Source: a virus
Length of the DNA: 64,000 nucleotides
Direction: 5' to 3' (one strand)
Virus record (IMG/VR): IMGVR_UViG_3300048033_001554
Span: 20,354-84,353 of that record
Shown here: positions 29,509 through 38,019 of the stretch, one piece after another
How the letters are laid out: each line of letters opens with the position of its first letter
How positions within the stretch are numbered: position 1 is the first letter of the stretch
Program-made: the position numbers and the translations under genes
Notes under the pieces: generated by a model
What the model was told of the DNA's origin: nothing
What the model saw: only the letters and a program-made list of their open reading frames with translations
Database searches by the model: none

Positions 29509-29778
29509 TTAGTTTGCTACTTTATCAGCAAGTGGTGCTTCGTCAGGTACAGCAGCTGGTGCTTCTGCTGGCATTTGACCTTCAGGTACTTCACCCTGTG
29601 GCGCATTTTGACGAAGGAACAATTCAAGCTTATTACGCAGCATACCTACGCCTGCCATTTCATTGCCTTCAAATCCACCGCGACGTGATACCACGTCTAC
29701 CATTTGTACTACAGTAGCAATATCTTGTAGAGAAAGCTGTACTGGTTCTTGCTGTTGTGCTTGTTCACTCATTTTCAT
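29509..29778 (-). CDS. Hypothetical protein
   Basis: LSLQDIATVVQMVDVVSRRGGFEGNE; between gp45 and gp44. Confidence 0.7.
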   Translation of the reverse strand: MKMSEQAQQQEPVQLSLQDIATVVQMVDVVSRRGGFEGNEMAGVGMLRNKLELFLRQNAPQGEVPEGQMPAEAPAAVPDEAPLADKVAN

Positions 29779-30447
29779 TTATCCTTTTTTATAAGTCGAC
29801 TTAGTATCGATAGCAATAAAGTATTTCACATTGCCATCACTGCTTTTAAACTCAGAGATACCCTTCGCGCAAAGAGTAACATTATAGTCCTGAGGTAAAA
29901 GTTTAAGATTATCAGTTTTTACAATAATCTTAAATTCATCAGATGTAGTGCCAATTTCAACACCATAATCATCTGAGTTGCTGTTATTGCTATCAATGGC
30001 TTTAAGGAAGATTTTACCATCTTCACCAACGAAAGCAATCTCACCAAATTGGAGAACGCCGGCTGCTTTGATAACAGACTGCATATCATCCCATGAAACA
30101 TCAACTTCAACATCAGTTGTTGGTAGCTGAATTTCTTTCTTTGGAGCTGCATGGATCATAGAAACATCAGCATAAACATACTTTGTACGCTGTTTACCAT
30201 CTCTAATCATAAAGTATTTATCTTCAAATTCTACATCTGGATCCTTATAAAGGCTAAGGATTGACAAGAAACGAGATAGATCGTAAACACAAGCCTGGGC
30301 TGGAATTTGATCGGGAATTGTTGCTGACGCAACCAATGTTTTTTCTGGTGTTACAGTTTTAAGAACATTACCTTCCTCCATAAGAATGGATTTGTTAATG
30401 GTTGAAAAACTTTTAAGAATCGTAAGAGTACGTTCACTAAATTTCAT
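29779..30447 (-). CDS. gp45: Sliding clamp gp45
   Basis: MKFSERTLTILKSFSTINKSI; VYDLSRFLSILSL; NLKLLPQDYNV. Confidence 0.93.
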   Translation of the reverse strand: MKFSERTLTILKSFSTINKSILMEEGNVLKTVTPEKTLVASATIPDQIPAQACVYDLSRFLSILSLYKDPDVEFEDKYFMIRDGKQRTKYVYADVSMIHAAPKKEIQLPTTDVEVDVSWDDMQSVIKAAGVLQFGEIAFVGEDGKIFLKAIDSNNSNSDDYGVEIGTTSDEFKIIVKTDNLKLLPQDYNVTLCAKGISEFKSSDGNVKYFIAIDTKSTYKKG

Positions 30448-30484
30448 TATGTAGAGCTCCTTGTTTCACGTTTGGTATTGATTA

Positions 30485-30513
30485 ATAATATAACAGTATT
30501 CATTGAATGTCAA
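30485..30513 (-). promoter_or_regulatory. Sigma70-like early promoter
   Basis: TTGACA-17 nt-TATTAT upstream of gp45. Confidence 0.7.
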
Positions 30514-31368
30514 CTACTTTTTGTAGGTTTTTTTGCGGCTAGCTTGGTTTGCCGTTGCAGACATTCCAAGCTGTCCCATGTCGGCCAAAGATCCTTTGAA
30601 GATATAAGAACCAATATGATGTAGATTCATCCACGGGCACATCCATACTTGCATCCCAGCTTTACGAGCCCACTTACAAAAGAAATAATCTTCAGACAAG
30701 TAACGCTTTGTTTCTGGATCAATGACGCAGTCAAAGAAAGCCGTAATTTCTCTACTACCATCAAAGTTATCAGTACGAACATGATCTGGCTTATAGCTTA
30801 ATTCAGGATAAGCTTCTTTGAATTTTTCAAGAGTAGCTCGTGGAATAAGCATAAATCCTGTACCTGCTTCAGCTACTTCAAGCGGCTCAGCCACATTAAA
30901 AGATGCTTGCTTTTTAACAGGATTAAATACGTAATCGGCTGTATATTTTTCAAGATCAAAAGGATTATCTTTTCCTTTACCTTGCTGAGCAGCTTGAGAA
31001 ACTTTTTCCCATGCAATTGTTTTCTTAGGATATGGTCCTGTTACGATGTTATACTTATCAGGATCTTGGAGGTTAACTGCCATCAATCCTAAAATATCTC
31101 TTGGATTAAAACCAATGTCTGCATCAATAAACAATAGATGAGTACAATCAGAACGAAGGAATTCATCTACAATATAGTTACGTGCTCGTTGGATCAAGCT
31201 TTCATTAAACAAAAAGTAAAACTGTACTTGAATGCCATTAGCACCAGCCATTAAGGCCAAATCAGTGCAAGCTTTTGTATATGTACCGGCCGCTTGTGCG
31301 CCATACATTGGCGTACCAATAAAGATTTTATGCTTTCTTAGCTCATCGATACTTAATTCGATTTTCAT
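30514..31368 (-). CDS. GT-A fold glycosyltransferase-like protein
   Basis: IFIGTPMYG; ESLIQRARN; LLFIDADI (DxD); GTGFMLI; LSEDYFFC. Confidence 0.7.
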   Translation of the reverse strand: MKIELSIDELRKHKIFIGTPMYGAQAAGTYTKACTDLALMAGANGIQVQFYFLFNESLIQRARNYIVDEFLRSDCTHLLFIDADIGFNPRDILGLMAVNLQDPDKYNIVTGPYPKKTIAWEKVSQAAQQGKGKDNPFDLEKYTADYVFNPVKKQASFNVAEPLEVAEAGTGFMLIPRATLEKFKEAYPELSYKPDHVRTDNFDGSREITAFFDCVIDPETKRYLSEDYFFCKWARKAGMQVWMCPWMNLHHIGSYIFKGSLADMGQLGMSATANQASRKKTYKK

Positions 31369-32009
31369 ATTTCTACTTGCTCCAAATCTGCTTCTGCTCT
31401 TACAATGGCCTGCAGCCGCAGAATATCTGCTGCAACATCATGTTTAGCGTCGTGTGCGTTAAAATTATAATTCCATTTTTCAATGTCTGATACAGGAATG
31501 AATCCGTTGTTGCCGCCAGGAACATTAAAATCAAATTTAGCATCAATAAATGTTCGTGTATCTCTTACCAAGTAATACTTTAAGAAAGAACTAAGTAGAT
31601 CAGCCTTATTAGCATTATGTGCAAGACGATCTAATACTACCGGATCAAACGAATTTGATCTTGACCACCAGTAATCAATCTTACCAGCAGCACGTAGATA
31701 GTTAATTAAACCTTCAATAAATTGCGGTGCTTTCATATCATCACTTGAAGGCTTTAAGTTTCTTCTAAGTTCAGCTGGTTTATCCAACCACCATTGCAAA
31801 TCACTTTGGCTATACTTACATCCATGGTTTTCCATTTGATCTTTAATATCAAACTTAGCATGCTCCATACCAAGAACTAACTCTTTAAAAGAGTATGGGT
31901 TATCACAAAACCTATCCCACTCAAAAGTCGTGTATGCGACATCAATAGCTGGAATTTCACGAGAGCATCCGCCAATAGTTTCAAAATCAAGAATAAAATG
32001 TGTGCTCAT
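31365..32009 (-). CDS. dexA: Exonuclease A (DexA-like, DEDD)
   Basis: FILDFET; WWSRSNSFD; RDTRTFID; HDAKHDVAADILRLQ. Confidence 0.85.
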   Translation of the reverse strand: MSTHFILDFETIGGCSREIPAIDVAYTTFEWDRFCDNPYSFKELVLGMEHAKFDIKDQMENHGCKYSQSDLQWWLDKPAELRRNLKPSSDDMKAPQFIEGLINYLRAAGKIDYWWSRSNSFDPVVLDRLAHNANKADLLSSFLKYYLVRDTRTFIDAKFDFNVPGGNNGFIPVSDIEKWNYNFNAHDAKHDVAADILRLQAIVRAEADLEQVEI

Positions 32010-33211
32010 AAAAATGCCTCTAATGTATTACCGCGTTCAATATAATCTGCCTTCTGTCTATGATTATACTGCAAAATGTAGTCTGTGTCAACCATTACTA
32101 ACTCATTATTCAAATATTTTTTAACTTCAGTTGCCATGTCAGTAGCAGTTTGAACTGGTACGTTTTGACAAATATGGTTAGCAACCTTAGGACCAGCATT
32201 TACGAGTTCAAAATCTTCGGGCAAACCCATGATTGTCATAGCTTCTCGATAGTTAATAAAGCGATCTTCATCTGGATGGGCAAGCATAAGAGGATAGTGG
32301 CCAACAAAAGCACCAATGCGATCCTTAGGAATGGTTACACCACGGCGCATAATACTTTTACCTGATTCGAGTTTTGCATGTTTGTATTTGCATTTCTCTA
32401 CTTCACGATCAAAACCATTTTCAGCCATCCAATCAGCAACTTGCAAATAGCTATATCCTTGTTGTTCAATGTAACTGTAAACACAAGCGCCACGAGCTGA
32501 TGTTGGTTCAATCAAAGCAGCATGTTCTTTATGAGTACGACCACCGTGAATATGTTCTAAGATGAAACGGTAATAAGGATTGTCTGTTGGTTTCTTTTTA
32601 TGGTTAATTACTTCAGTTTGGAAGTTAGATGTAACACCTCGGATTACCTCTTCGATGGGCGTATGAGGCTTGTTATAGTAGTTTAAGAGAGGAGTTTTAG
32701 TACCTTTCCAGAAAAAGTAGAATGATCTCTCGCGTACCTGTGGTGCACCGTGCAATAGAGATTTAGTTCTATATACAGACATTGTATATCCATTTTCTCT
32801 ACCAATTTCTTTTAACTGGGTACGAACTTTAGCTCCAATTTTACCAGCAAACCCCGGTGCATTCTCTCCCCAAAACACTTTTGGTTTATACTCGCCAAGG
32901 ATATATTTAGCGGTTTCTACCATCCACTTGTTGTTTTCATTGTCATCACCATATCCCATAGACATAGTTGATAGACCGGCACATGGGCAAACTGAAGATA
33001 CAACATCAGCTCTTTCATTGGTTGGTGGAGCCATTCCTTTATCTAAAACATAGTAGGGAATTTCGTTATTATAGTAATTTAGGATGTGACTATCATTAGA
33101 AGCAAAAGCCTCATATGACATAAAATGCAATGGCTTAGTGCCAAAAGCATTTTGTGATCCAATTGTTTCACCGCCAATTAGTGGTACAATGGCTGCATGT
33201 GTTATGCTCAT
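32006..33211 (-). CDS. C5 DNA cytosine methyltransferase-like protein with atypical motif I
   Basis: Motif IV CPCAGLS, VI WGENAPG, VIII PQVRERS, IX RFINYREAMTIMGLP, X CQNVPV; motif I reads IVPLIGG. Confidence 0.82.
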   Translation of the reverse strand: MSITHAAIVPLIGGETIGSQNAFGTKPLHFMSYEAFASNDSHILNYYNNEIPYYVLDKGMAPPTNERADVVSSVCPCAGLSTMSMGYGDDNENNKWMVETAKYILGEYKPKVFWGENAPGFAGKIGAKVRTQLKEIGRENGYTMSVYRTKSLLHGAPQVRERSFYFFWKGTKTPLLNYYNKPHTPIEEVIRGVTSNFQTEVINHKKKPTDNPYYRFILEHIHGGRTHKEHAALIEPTSARGACVYSYIEQQGYSYLQVADWMAENGFDREVEKCKYKHAKLESGKSIMRRGVTIPKDRIGAFVGHYPLMLAHPDEDRFINYREAMTIMGLPEDFELVNAGPKVANHICQNVPVQTATDMATEVKKYLNNELVMVDTDYILQYNHRQKADYIERGNTLEAFL

Positions 33212-33675
33212 AATTTACCTTTCAAGCTCGCGTCAGCAACACGCTTTCTCAAATCAGTTGATGAGAAAGAATGTTTTCGTTTATTGTAATGGATCGGACA
33301 AAGACCTTTTGCGGTGTGCTCAGTATCACGGTATTCTTCACCAACAATACGGACATGAGGCTGAATAGTTAGCACCATATCAACAATTTCTTGTTCTGTT
33401 GTAAAAGGAATTACCTCGTCAACAAATCGACAAGCCGATAGTTGAACATATCTTTCAAAGGGAGTTTGAACGGGTTTTTGTTTGCTGTCTGGACGGTCTA
33501 CTGTTGGATCTACTAGCAGACCGCAAATGAGGTAGTCACAAAGGCTTTTAGCTTCTTGTAACATTACAATATGACCTGCATGTAGCAAATCAAAAGTAGA
33601 ACAAGTAAAACCAATTTTAACTTCATCAGCTGGTTTACCCAAACGCTGAGCAATCTCAGAGATATTCGTAAACAT
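33208..33675 (-). CDS. Cytidylyltransferase (TagD/HIGH family)
   Basis: STFDLLHAGH; KPVQTPFER; VDEVIP; RKHSFSSTDLR. Confidence 0.88.
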   Translation of the reverse strand: MFTNISEIAQRLGKPADEVKIGFTCSTFDLLHAGHIVMLQEAKSLCDYLICGLLVDPTVDRPDSKQKPVQTPFERYVQLSACRFVDEVIPFTTEQEIVDMVLTIQPHVRIVGEEYRDTEHTAKGLCPIHYNKRKHSFSSTDLRKRVADASLKGKL

Positions 33676-34693
33676 TATTCATACACTCCATAATAAAATC
33701 TTTATTAGGGTGGTATTTGTACACCCTAGTAATTTCAGCACCAACCAACGCTGACAGCATACCTTTATTTATATCATTTGCTAGCGCCATATATTTAAAA
33801 GACTTAACAACTTTATCCATATCATATTTGTTAATCAATAGACTTGCAATAAATTTAGCAGCATCCAACTCAGTGCAACCAAACACACCACAAATAGGAT
33901 CAATCAGCGTAACGTTGCAATCTTTAAAGAGCATATTTTTAATGCCAAAATCACCGTGAGAAAATGTTCTTTTTAAATCAAACTTATAAAGCTTAAAGGC
34001 ATTATCACGGAAAATCTCATGGCCACCGTGATTATATGCGTTCTCAGCATGCTGTTCAATTCGATGAATATAAGATACGTAGCTTAATTCGTCTTTTACT
34101 TTAAGTGATTTAAGCTTATCCAATTGAGTTTGAATAATGCCAAGCGCCATGTGAATATTATTTTCAAAGTAGTTTTCATCGTTATCAATATAATCCATTG
34201 TAATCGTTTCGCCAACAACACGGTGTACTACTGGAACTTTAACGTTAACAATTTCAGCCTGTTCAAACCATTCACGAGTAGCATGAGCTGCTGAATCTTG
34301 CTTATGGACTACTTTACCATCTGTATAAATTTCAGTACCTGACAAACCACCTTCAAGCTCGCGAATATCTACCTCAAGGAAGTCCTCAGGCATAATACCT
34401 TTATCGTCGATGTAATAAGCTGCCAAAGGTTTATCAAACGAAAGCATATTATATTTTACATTATACTTTTTAAGCCAAGCTACAATGCTTGACTCATATT
34501 TTTCTCGAGCTTCTTCACGAGTATTACATGAAATAGAACCACGAGCTGTGAAGATATCAATCTGCCAACCTTGATCGTATAAGTGATTAAGTTTATTAAT
34601 CAAAACTTCATTTGGTTGAGCAGAATCGAACTTACGACCTTGATGGAACGCTAGTGTGTCGTCAAAGTCAACAACGATTCGTTTATGATACAT
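33656..34693 (-). CDS. HAD phosphatase fused to an APH/choline-kinase-like domain
   Basis: N-terminal VVDFDDTL..FTARG..KP..YYIDDK; C-terminal GGLSG, HGDFGIKNML and LIDP. Confidence 0.8.
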   Translation of the reverse strand: MYHKRIVVDFDDTLAFHQGRKFDSAQPNEVLINKLNHLYDQGWQIDIFTARGSISCNTREEAREKYESSIVAWLKKYNVKYNMLSFDKPLAAYYIDDKGIMPEDFLEVDIRELEGGLSGTEIYTDGKVVHKQDSAAHATREWFEQAEIVNVKVPVVHRVVGETITMDYIDNDENYFENNIHMALGIIQTQLDKLKSLKVKDELSYVSYIHRIEQHAENAYNHGGHEIFRDNAFKLYKFDLKRTFSHGDFGIKNMLFKDCNVTLIDPICGVFGCTELDAAKFIASLLINKYDMDKVVKSFKYMALANDINKGMLSALVGAEITRVYKYHPNKDFIMECMNNVYEYL

Positions 34694-36117
34694 TAGAAAA
34701 ATCCTTCAAGAGTAGATCCAACTTGCTTAGGCTCTTTAATTTCATTTTGTCTTCCATCAACAAGAGTATAAGCCTTTTCAAGTAGTACACTGCCGGGAGT
34801 TGAAACAATAATTTCCCCGCGTTCACGACGTTCTCGAGCACTTGGAAAGTAACTCGAAATCCTATCTATAAAATCTACTTTATCATGTCTTTTACCTTTT
34901 GTCAACACAAAATCTAAGAATTTTGGACCAAGGACTTCAATATCATTAAACTTGTAAATTAGTTCACGGCATGCTTCAGTACGAGCTTTCCATTCCTTAG
35001 GATTATTAGCAATACGGTTCAATTCAGCAGCAAGTTCTTCTTCCTTAGTAGCTTCTGAAATAAGTGGACCATAATATTCTCCCCACTTTTTACCTTCAGG
35101 AGATACAGCGTTTTCAGCAAAGTGACGGCTAATAACAGGTAGAGACAATAGGAATGATTCAATTACTGTATATTCCATGCGGTGGCCATACTCTTTTGGA
35201 TCGCCAAGACGGTAACCACACCATGCAGCCATAGAAGAACCAAGTTCACCCATGCCAAAATCATACTTATAACCATCGTACGCAGTAATTGTAGTACCGG
35301 TCTTTTCTTTCTCTTTACCTGGGAGGTAATGTTCGCCAGCTGAGTTTGTTCCAATGAACCTAATTTTTGGCTGATAAGATTTATGGTATGGAGCTGGATC
35401 TGTTGCAAGAGTTTTAGAATCAGGATCTCCAATAGAAGAAATAGAACGTTCACAACCCATCAAGGTAAGATCCCATTCATTTTTCAAAAATGGTTCAATA
35501 CGGCAAATCATTCCTGGATCTTTAAGTGTTGACATACGACCCATGTACATAAAGTGTTTACGACGTTCTTCAAGGTCAGCACGATATTGATCGTAGTCTC
35601 CTGTACGAACCCAAATAGGATTCTCAAGTAATCTACCTTCAAGGCCAAGATCAGTTGCTAGATAACACTCTTGTGAATACCCTTCAAATGACTGGGTAAT
35701 ACCAATGTCTGCCAAAGCAAACAACTCACCAGCACCGGTTTGGCGATTAATAGTATTTTTAGTAATAGCATGATCGTGTACTACAATAATTGGATCATTA
35801 ATCTCTTCTACAAATTCACGGAATCGATCAATGTATTTCCCATTCTTGCGAGTTGGAAATGAATGCACAATAGCAATATCGCAAGTATTAACCGCATCAA
35901 CCACCGGTTGTACATCTTTTACTTCTTGGTTGCTTTCAACACGAAGCACTTCACCGTGCCATGAAACGTTTTGTGCTCGACCAAATTTTTGTTTGTTATC
36001 AAAATCAATAACCATTGTTTCATGGCCTTGAGATACTAGCCAATCTTCGAAGATATTAGCGCCTTTAGTAACACCACAACCTTCAATGCCTTTTCCAAAG
36101 ATAAAAGCAACCTTCAT
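34693..36117 (-). CDS. a-gt: DNA alpha-glucosyltransferase homologue (T4 a-gt family, GT-B)
   Basis: GKGIEGCGVTK (T4 ARGLEGCGVTK); VNTCDIAIVHS.P; HDH; MGCERS; RMEYTVIE. Confidence 0.85.
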   Translation of the reverse strand: MKVAFIFGKGIEGCGVTKGANIFEDWLVSQGHETMVIDFDNKQKFGRAQNVSWHGEVLRVESNQEVKDVQPVVDAVNTCDIAIVHSFPTRKNGKYIDRFREFVEEINDPIIVVHDHAITKNTINRQTGAGELFALADIGITQSFEGYSQECYLATDLGLEGRLLENPIWVRTGDYDQYRADLEERRKHFMYMGRMSTLKDPGMICRIEPFLKNEWDLTLMGCERSISSIGDPDSKTLATDPAPYHKSYQPKIRFIGTNSAGEHYLPGKEKEKTGTTITAYDGYKYDFGMGELGSSMAAWCGYRLGDPKEYGHRMEYTVIESFLLSLPVISRHFAENAVSPEGKKWGEYYGPLISEATKEEELAAELNRIANNPKEWKARTEACRELIYKFNDIEVLGPKFLDFVLTKGKRHDKVDFIDRISSYFPSARERRERGEIIVSTPGSVLLEKAYTLVDGRQNEIKEPKQVGSTLEGFF

Positions 36118-36121
36118 AATA

Positions 36122-36451
36122 TTATCCTTCTACAAATTGTTCCCATTTGTTTGGCATACCATCGAACAATTCAGCATCCTCGAGAGGTTCTTTTTGTTCA
36201 TTGATGTTTGGCCAAACCTGAGAGTATTTAGTATTTCTTTCCATCCATATAATCTTATCTGGTTCTGGCAAATCTACGTCAGCAACAATAGCACTAACAG
36301 GACATTCAGGAACGCAAACTCCACAGTCAATACATTCATCAGGATTAATTACTAAAGTATCTTCACCTTCATAAAAACAATCAACTGGACATACAGCAAC
36401 GCAATCGGTGTGTTTACACTTAACACAATTATCCGTTACCAGATAAGTCAT
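36122..36451 (-). CDS. fdxA: 7Fe/8Fe ferredoxin, FdxA type
   Basis: [46 protein letters not shown]; GGAGG SD before ATG 36451. Confidence 0.93.
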   Translation of the reverse strand: MTYLVTDNCVKCKHTDCVAVCPVDCFYEGEDTLVINPDECIDCGVCVPECPVSAIVADVDLPEPDKIIWMERNTKYSQVWPNINEQKEPLEDAELFDGMPNKWEQFVEG

Positions 36452-36452
36452 A

Positions 36453-37019
36453 TTATACCTCCAAAAGAGTGATTTGTACACCACTTTCTTTAAACATTAA
36501 AGAACTTTGTTCTTCCCAAATTTCTTGCCAATTACCTTTGTCTGTTTTAGTACTAGGAATTACTACACGCTTAATGCCAGCTTGGATAATGCATTTAGTA
36601 CAAGACGGACAAATAGGTAATCCATAGACATACAATGTAGCATCTTTAACGGCAACACCATTATATAGAGCGTTCATTAATGCATTCATTTCAGCATGGA
36701 TGATACGAGGATATTTTTCCTCCCTACTATTTAGCCTTTCTGGAGTATCCGAAATACCACGAGGAAAGCCATTGTAGCCGGTGGCTAGAATACGTCGTTC
36801 ATCATTAACAATTACAGCACCAATTTTACTTGATGGATCTTTACTCCAACTTGCAATAAGCTCAGCCTGCTCCATGAAACGTCGATCCCATTTAGTAATG
36901 TTATCTTCTACTTCTTTATTCATACGTCGCATGTAGTCTTCGTAAAATTCGTATTCGCCCATGTACTCTTCTTTCTCTTGAAGTTCCATTACATATTGTC
37001 CAATTTTACTCATAATCAT
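36453..37019 (-). CDS. cd: dCMP deaminase
   Basis: [13 protein letters not shown]; GYNGFPRG; HAEMNA; PICPSCTK. Confidence 0.92.
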   Translation of the reverse strand: MIMSKIGQYVMELQEKEEYMGEYEFYEDYMRRMNKEVEDNITKWDRRFMEQAELIASWSKDPSSKIGAVIVNDERRILATGYNGFPRGISDTPERLNSREEKYPRIIHAEMNALMNALYNGVAVKDATLYVYGLPICPSCTKCIIQAGIKRVVIPSTKTDKGNWQEIWEEQSSLMFKESGVQITLLEV

Positions 37020-37693
37020 TTTACTAAGTGGAAATGGCGGCTATACACGTGCAGGTTCATTACTTGCCAGATTAGATCACCTTTCGTAAGTTCATAACCG
37101 AGATCTGCTTCATTTAGATTATCAATAGCACGATCCATAAGATGTTGTGCCCAAGCATAATCATTCTTATAGCCAAAGACTACATCATTTGAACGCATTT
37201 GCGATACCATATGCAGTTTACCATCACGAATATAAAACGTTTGAGCGTTGGTACAGATGAAATCAGACTTACCACCTTCATTGAATTCAACCCAGATAGA
37301 TGGACGGTTATAGATCATTTGAGCACGGCGGCTATCTGGATTTGCAATCAATTCATCAATTGCGTTGTAATATTGATTATAAAACTTTGGTGAGTCTACA
37401 AGATGCCCGTAGTTTGAGTTGATATTACCATGTGCATCAGCTGCATATTTCCAGGCGGCAGGCGGTTCTTTGTCTTTGCCATGGATATCGTTAATGTTAG
37501 TACTTTGGCTTTCATACCAAGCCAATTCAGAATCGATATAAGATTGTACTGGAGTACCAAAGATAGCAGGTTCATCAGCAATAAAGCTTGCGCCTAGAAT
37601 TTCAATTGTTTTAGCACCAGTTTTGTCAGTTGTAAATCGTTCAGCTTTAAGTTCATTAATAAAGTACTGACGAATATCAGTTACAGTTTTCAT
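37016..37693 (-). CDS. gp42: dCMP hydroxymethyltransferase (T4 gp42 homologue)
   Basis: DKTGAKTIEILGASFIADEP.IFG; INSNYG; NPDSRR; SDFICTN; MRSNDVVFGYKNDYAW (Asp at the dCMP-specificity position); LHVYSRHF. Confidence 0.92.
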   Translation of the reverse strand: MKTVTDIRQYFINELKAERFTTDKTGAKTIEILGASFIADEPAIFGTPVQSYIDSELAWYESQSTNINDIHGKDKEPPAAWKYAADAHGNINSNYGHLVDSPKFYNQYYNAIDELIANPDSRRAQMIYNRPSIWVEFNEGGKSDFICTNAQTFYIRDGKLHMVSQMRSNDVVFGYKNDYAWAQHLMDRAIDNLNEADLGYELTKGDLIWQVMNLHVYSRHFHLVK

Positions 37694-38019
37694 TCCATTT
37701 CCTCCGGTTTAAAGCGATCATCAACGTCAGTGCCTTGCATTTCGCACATAACTAAAATCATAAGTTGTGTAAGAGCATGGTGTGTATGAGGAAGACCACT
37801 TTCGGGATCAGTATCCTCGCCACTAAACCAAGCCAATAGATGACGTTGAATAGAACCATAGTGACGTGAATAAGGAAACTTATTTAGATCCTTACGCCAA
37901 TTGTTTTCACCATACTTTTGAGCACCAAAAGCATAAACTTGCGAAGCCGCAAGGATTACTTCTGGTGGAACAAGGTTAACAGGTGGTTTGCCATTATCAA
38001 ATTTCATTATTTTCTCCAA
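37690..38019 (-). CDS. DUF5664-like dNTP diphosphohydrolase domain protein
   Basis: KFDNGKPP..LVPP; FGAQKYGENNWRK; RHLLAW..GEDTDPESGLPHTHHA. Confidence 0.8.
   Translation of the reverse strand: MEKIMKFDNGKPPVNLVPPEVILAASQVYAFGAQKYGENNWRKDLNKFPYSRHYGSIQRHLLAWFSGEDTDPESGLPHTHHALTQLMILVMCEMQGTDVDDRFKPEEME

Noticed and set aside
37016-37693. Plain thymidylate synthase
   Set aside because: It aligns along its length with T4 gp42 and has Asp in NDYAW, the dCMP determinant, although hydroxymethylase versus a related C5 activity still needs testing
37690-38019. 2-aminoadenine (Z) or deazaguanine genome suggested by DUF5664
   Set aside because: No purZ, dpdA or queuosine-pathway genes are seen in the window, and the neighbours point to cytosine modification
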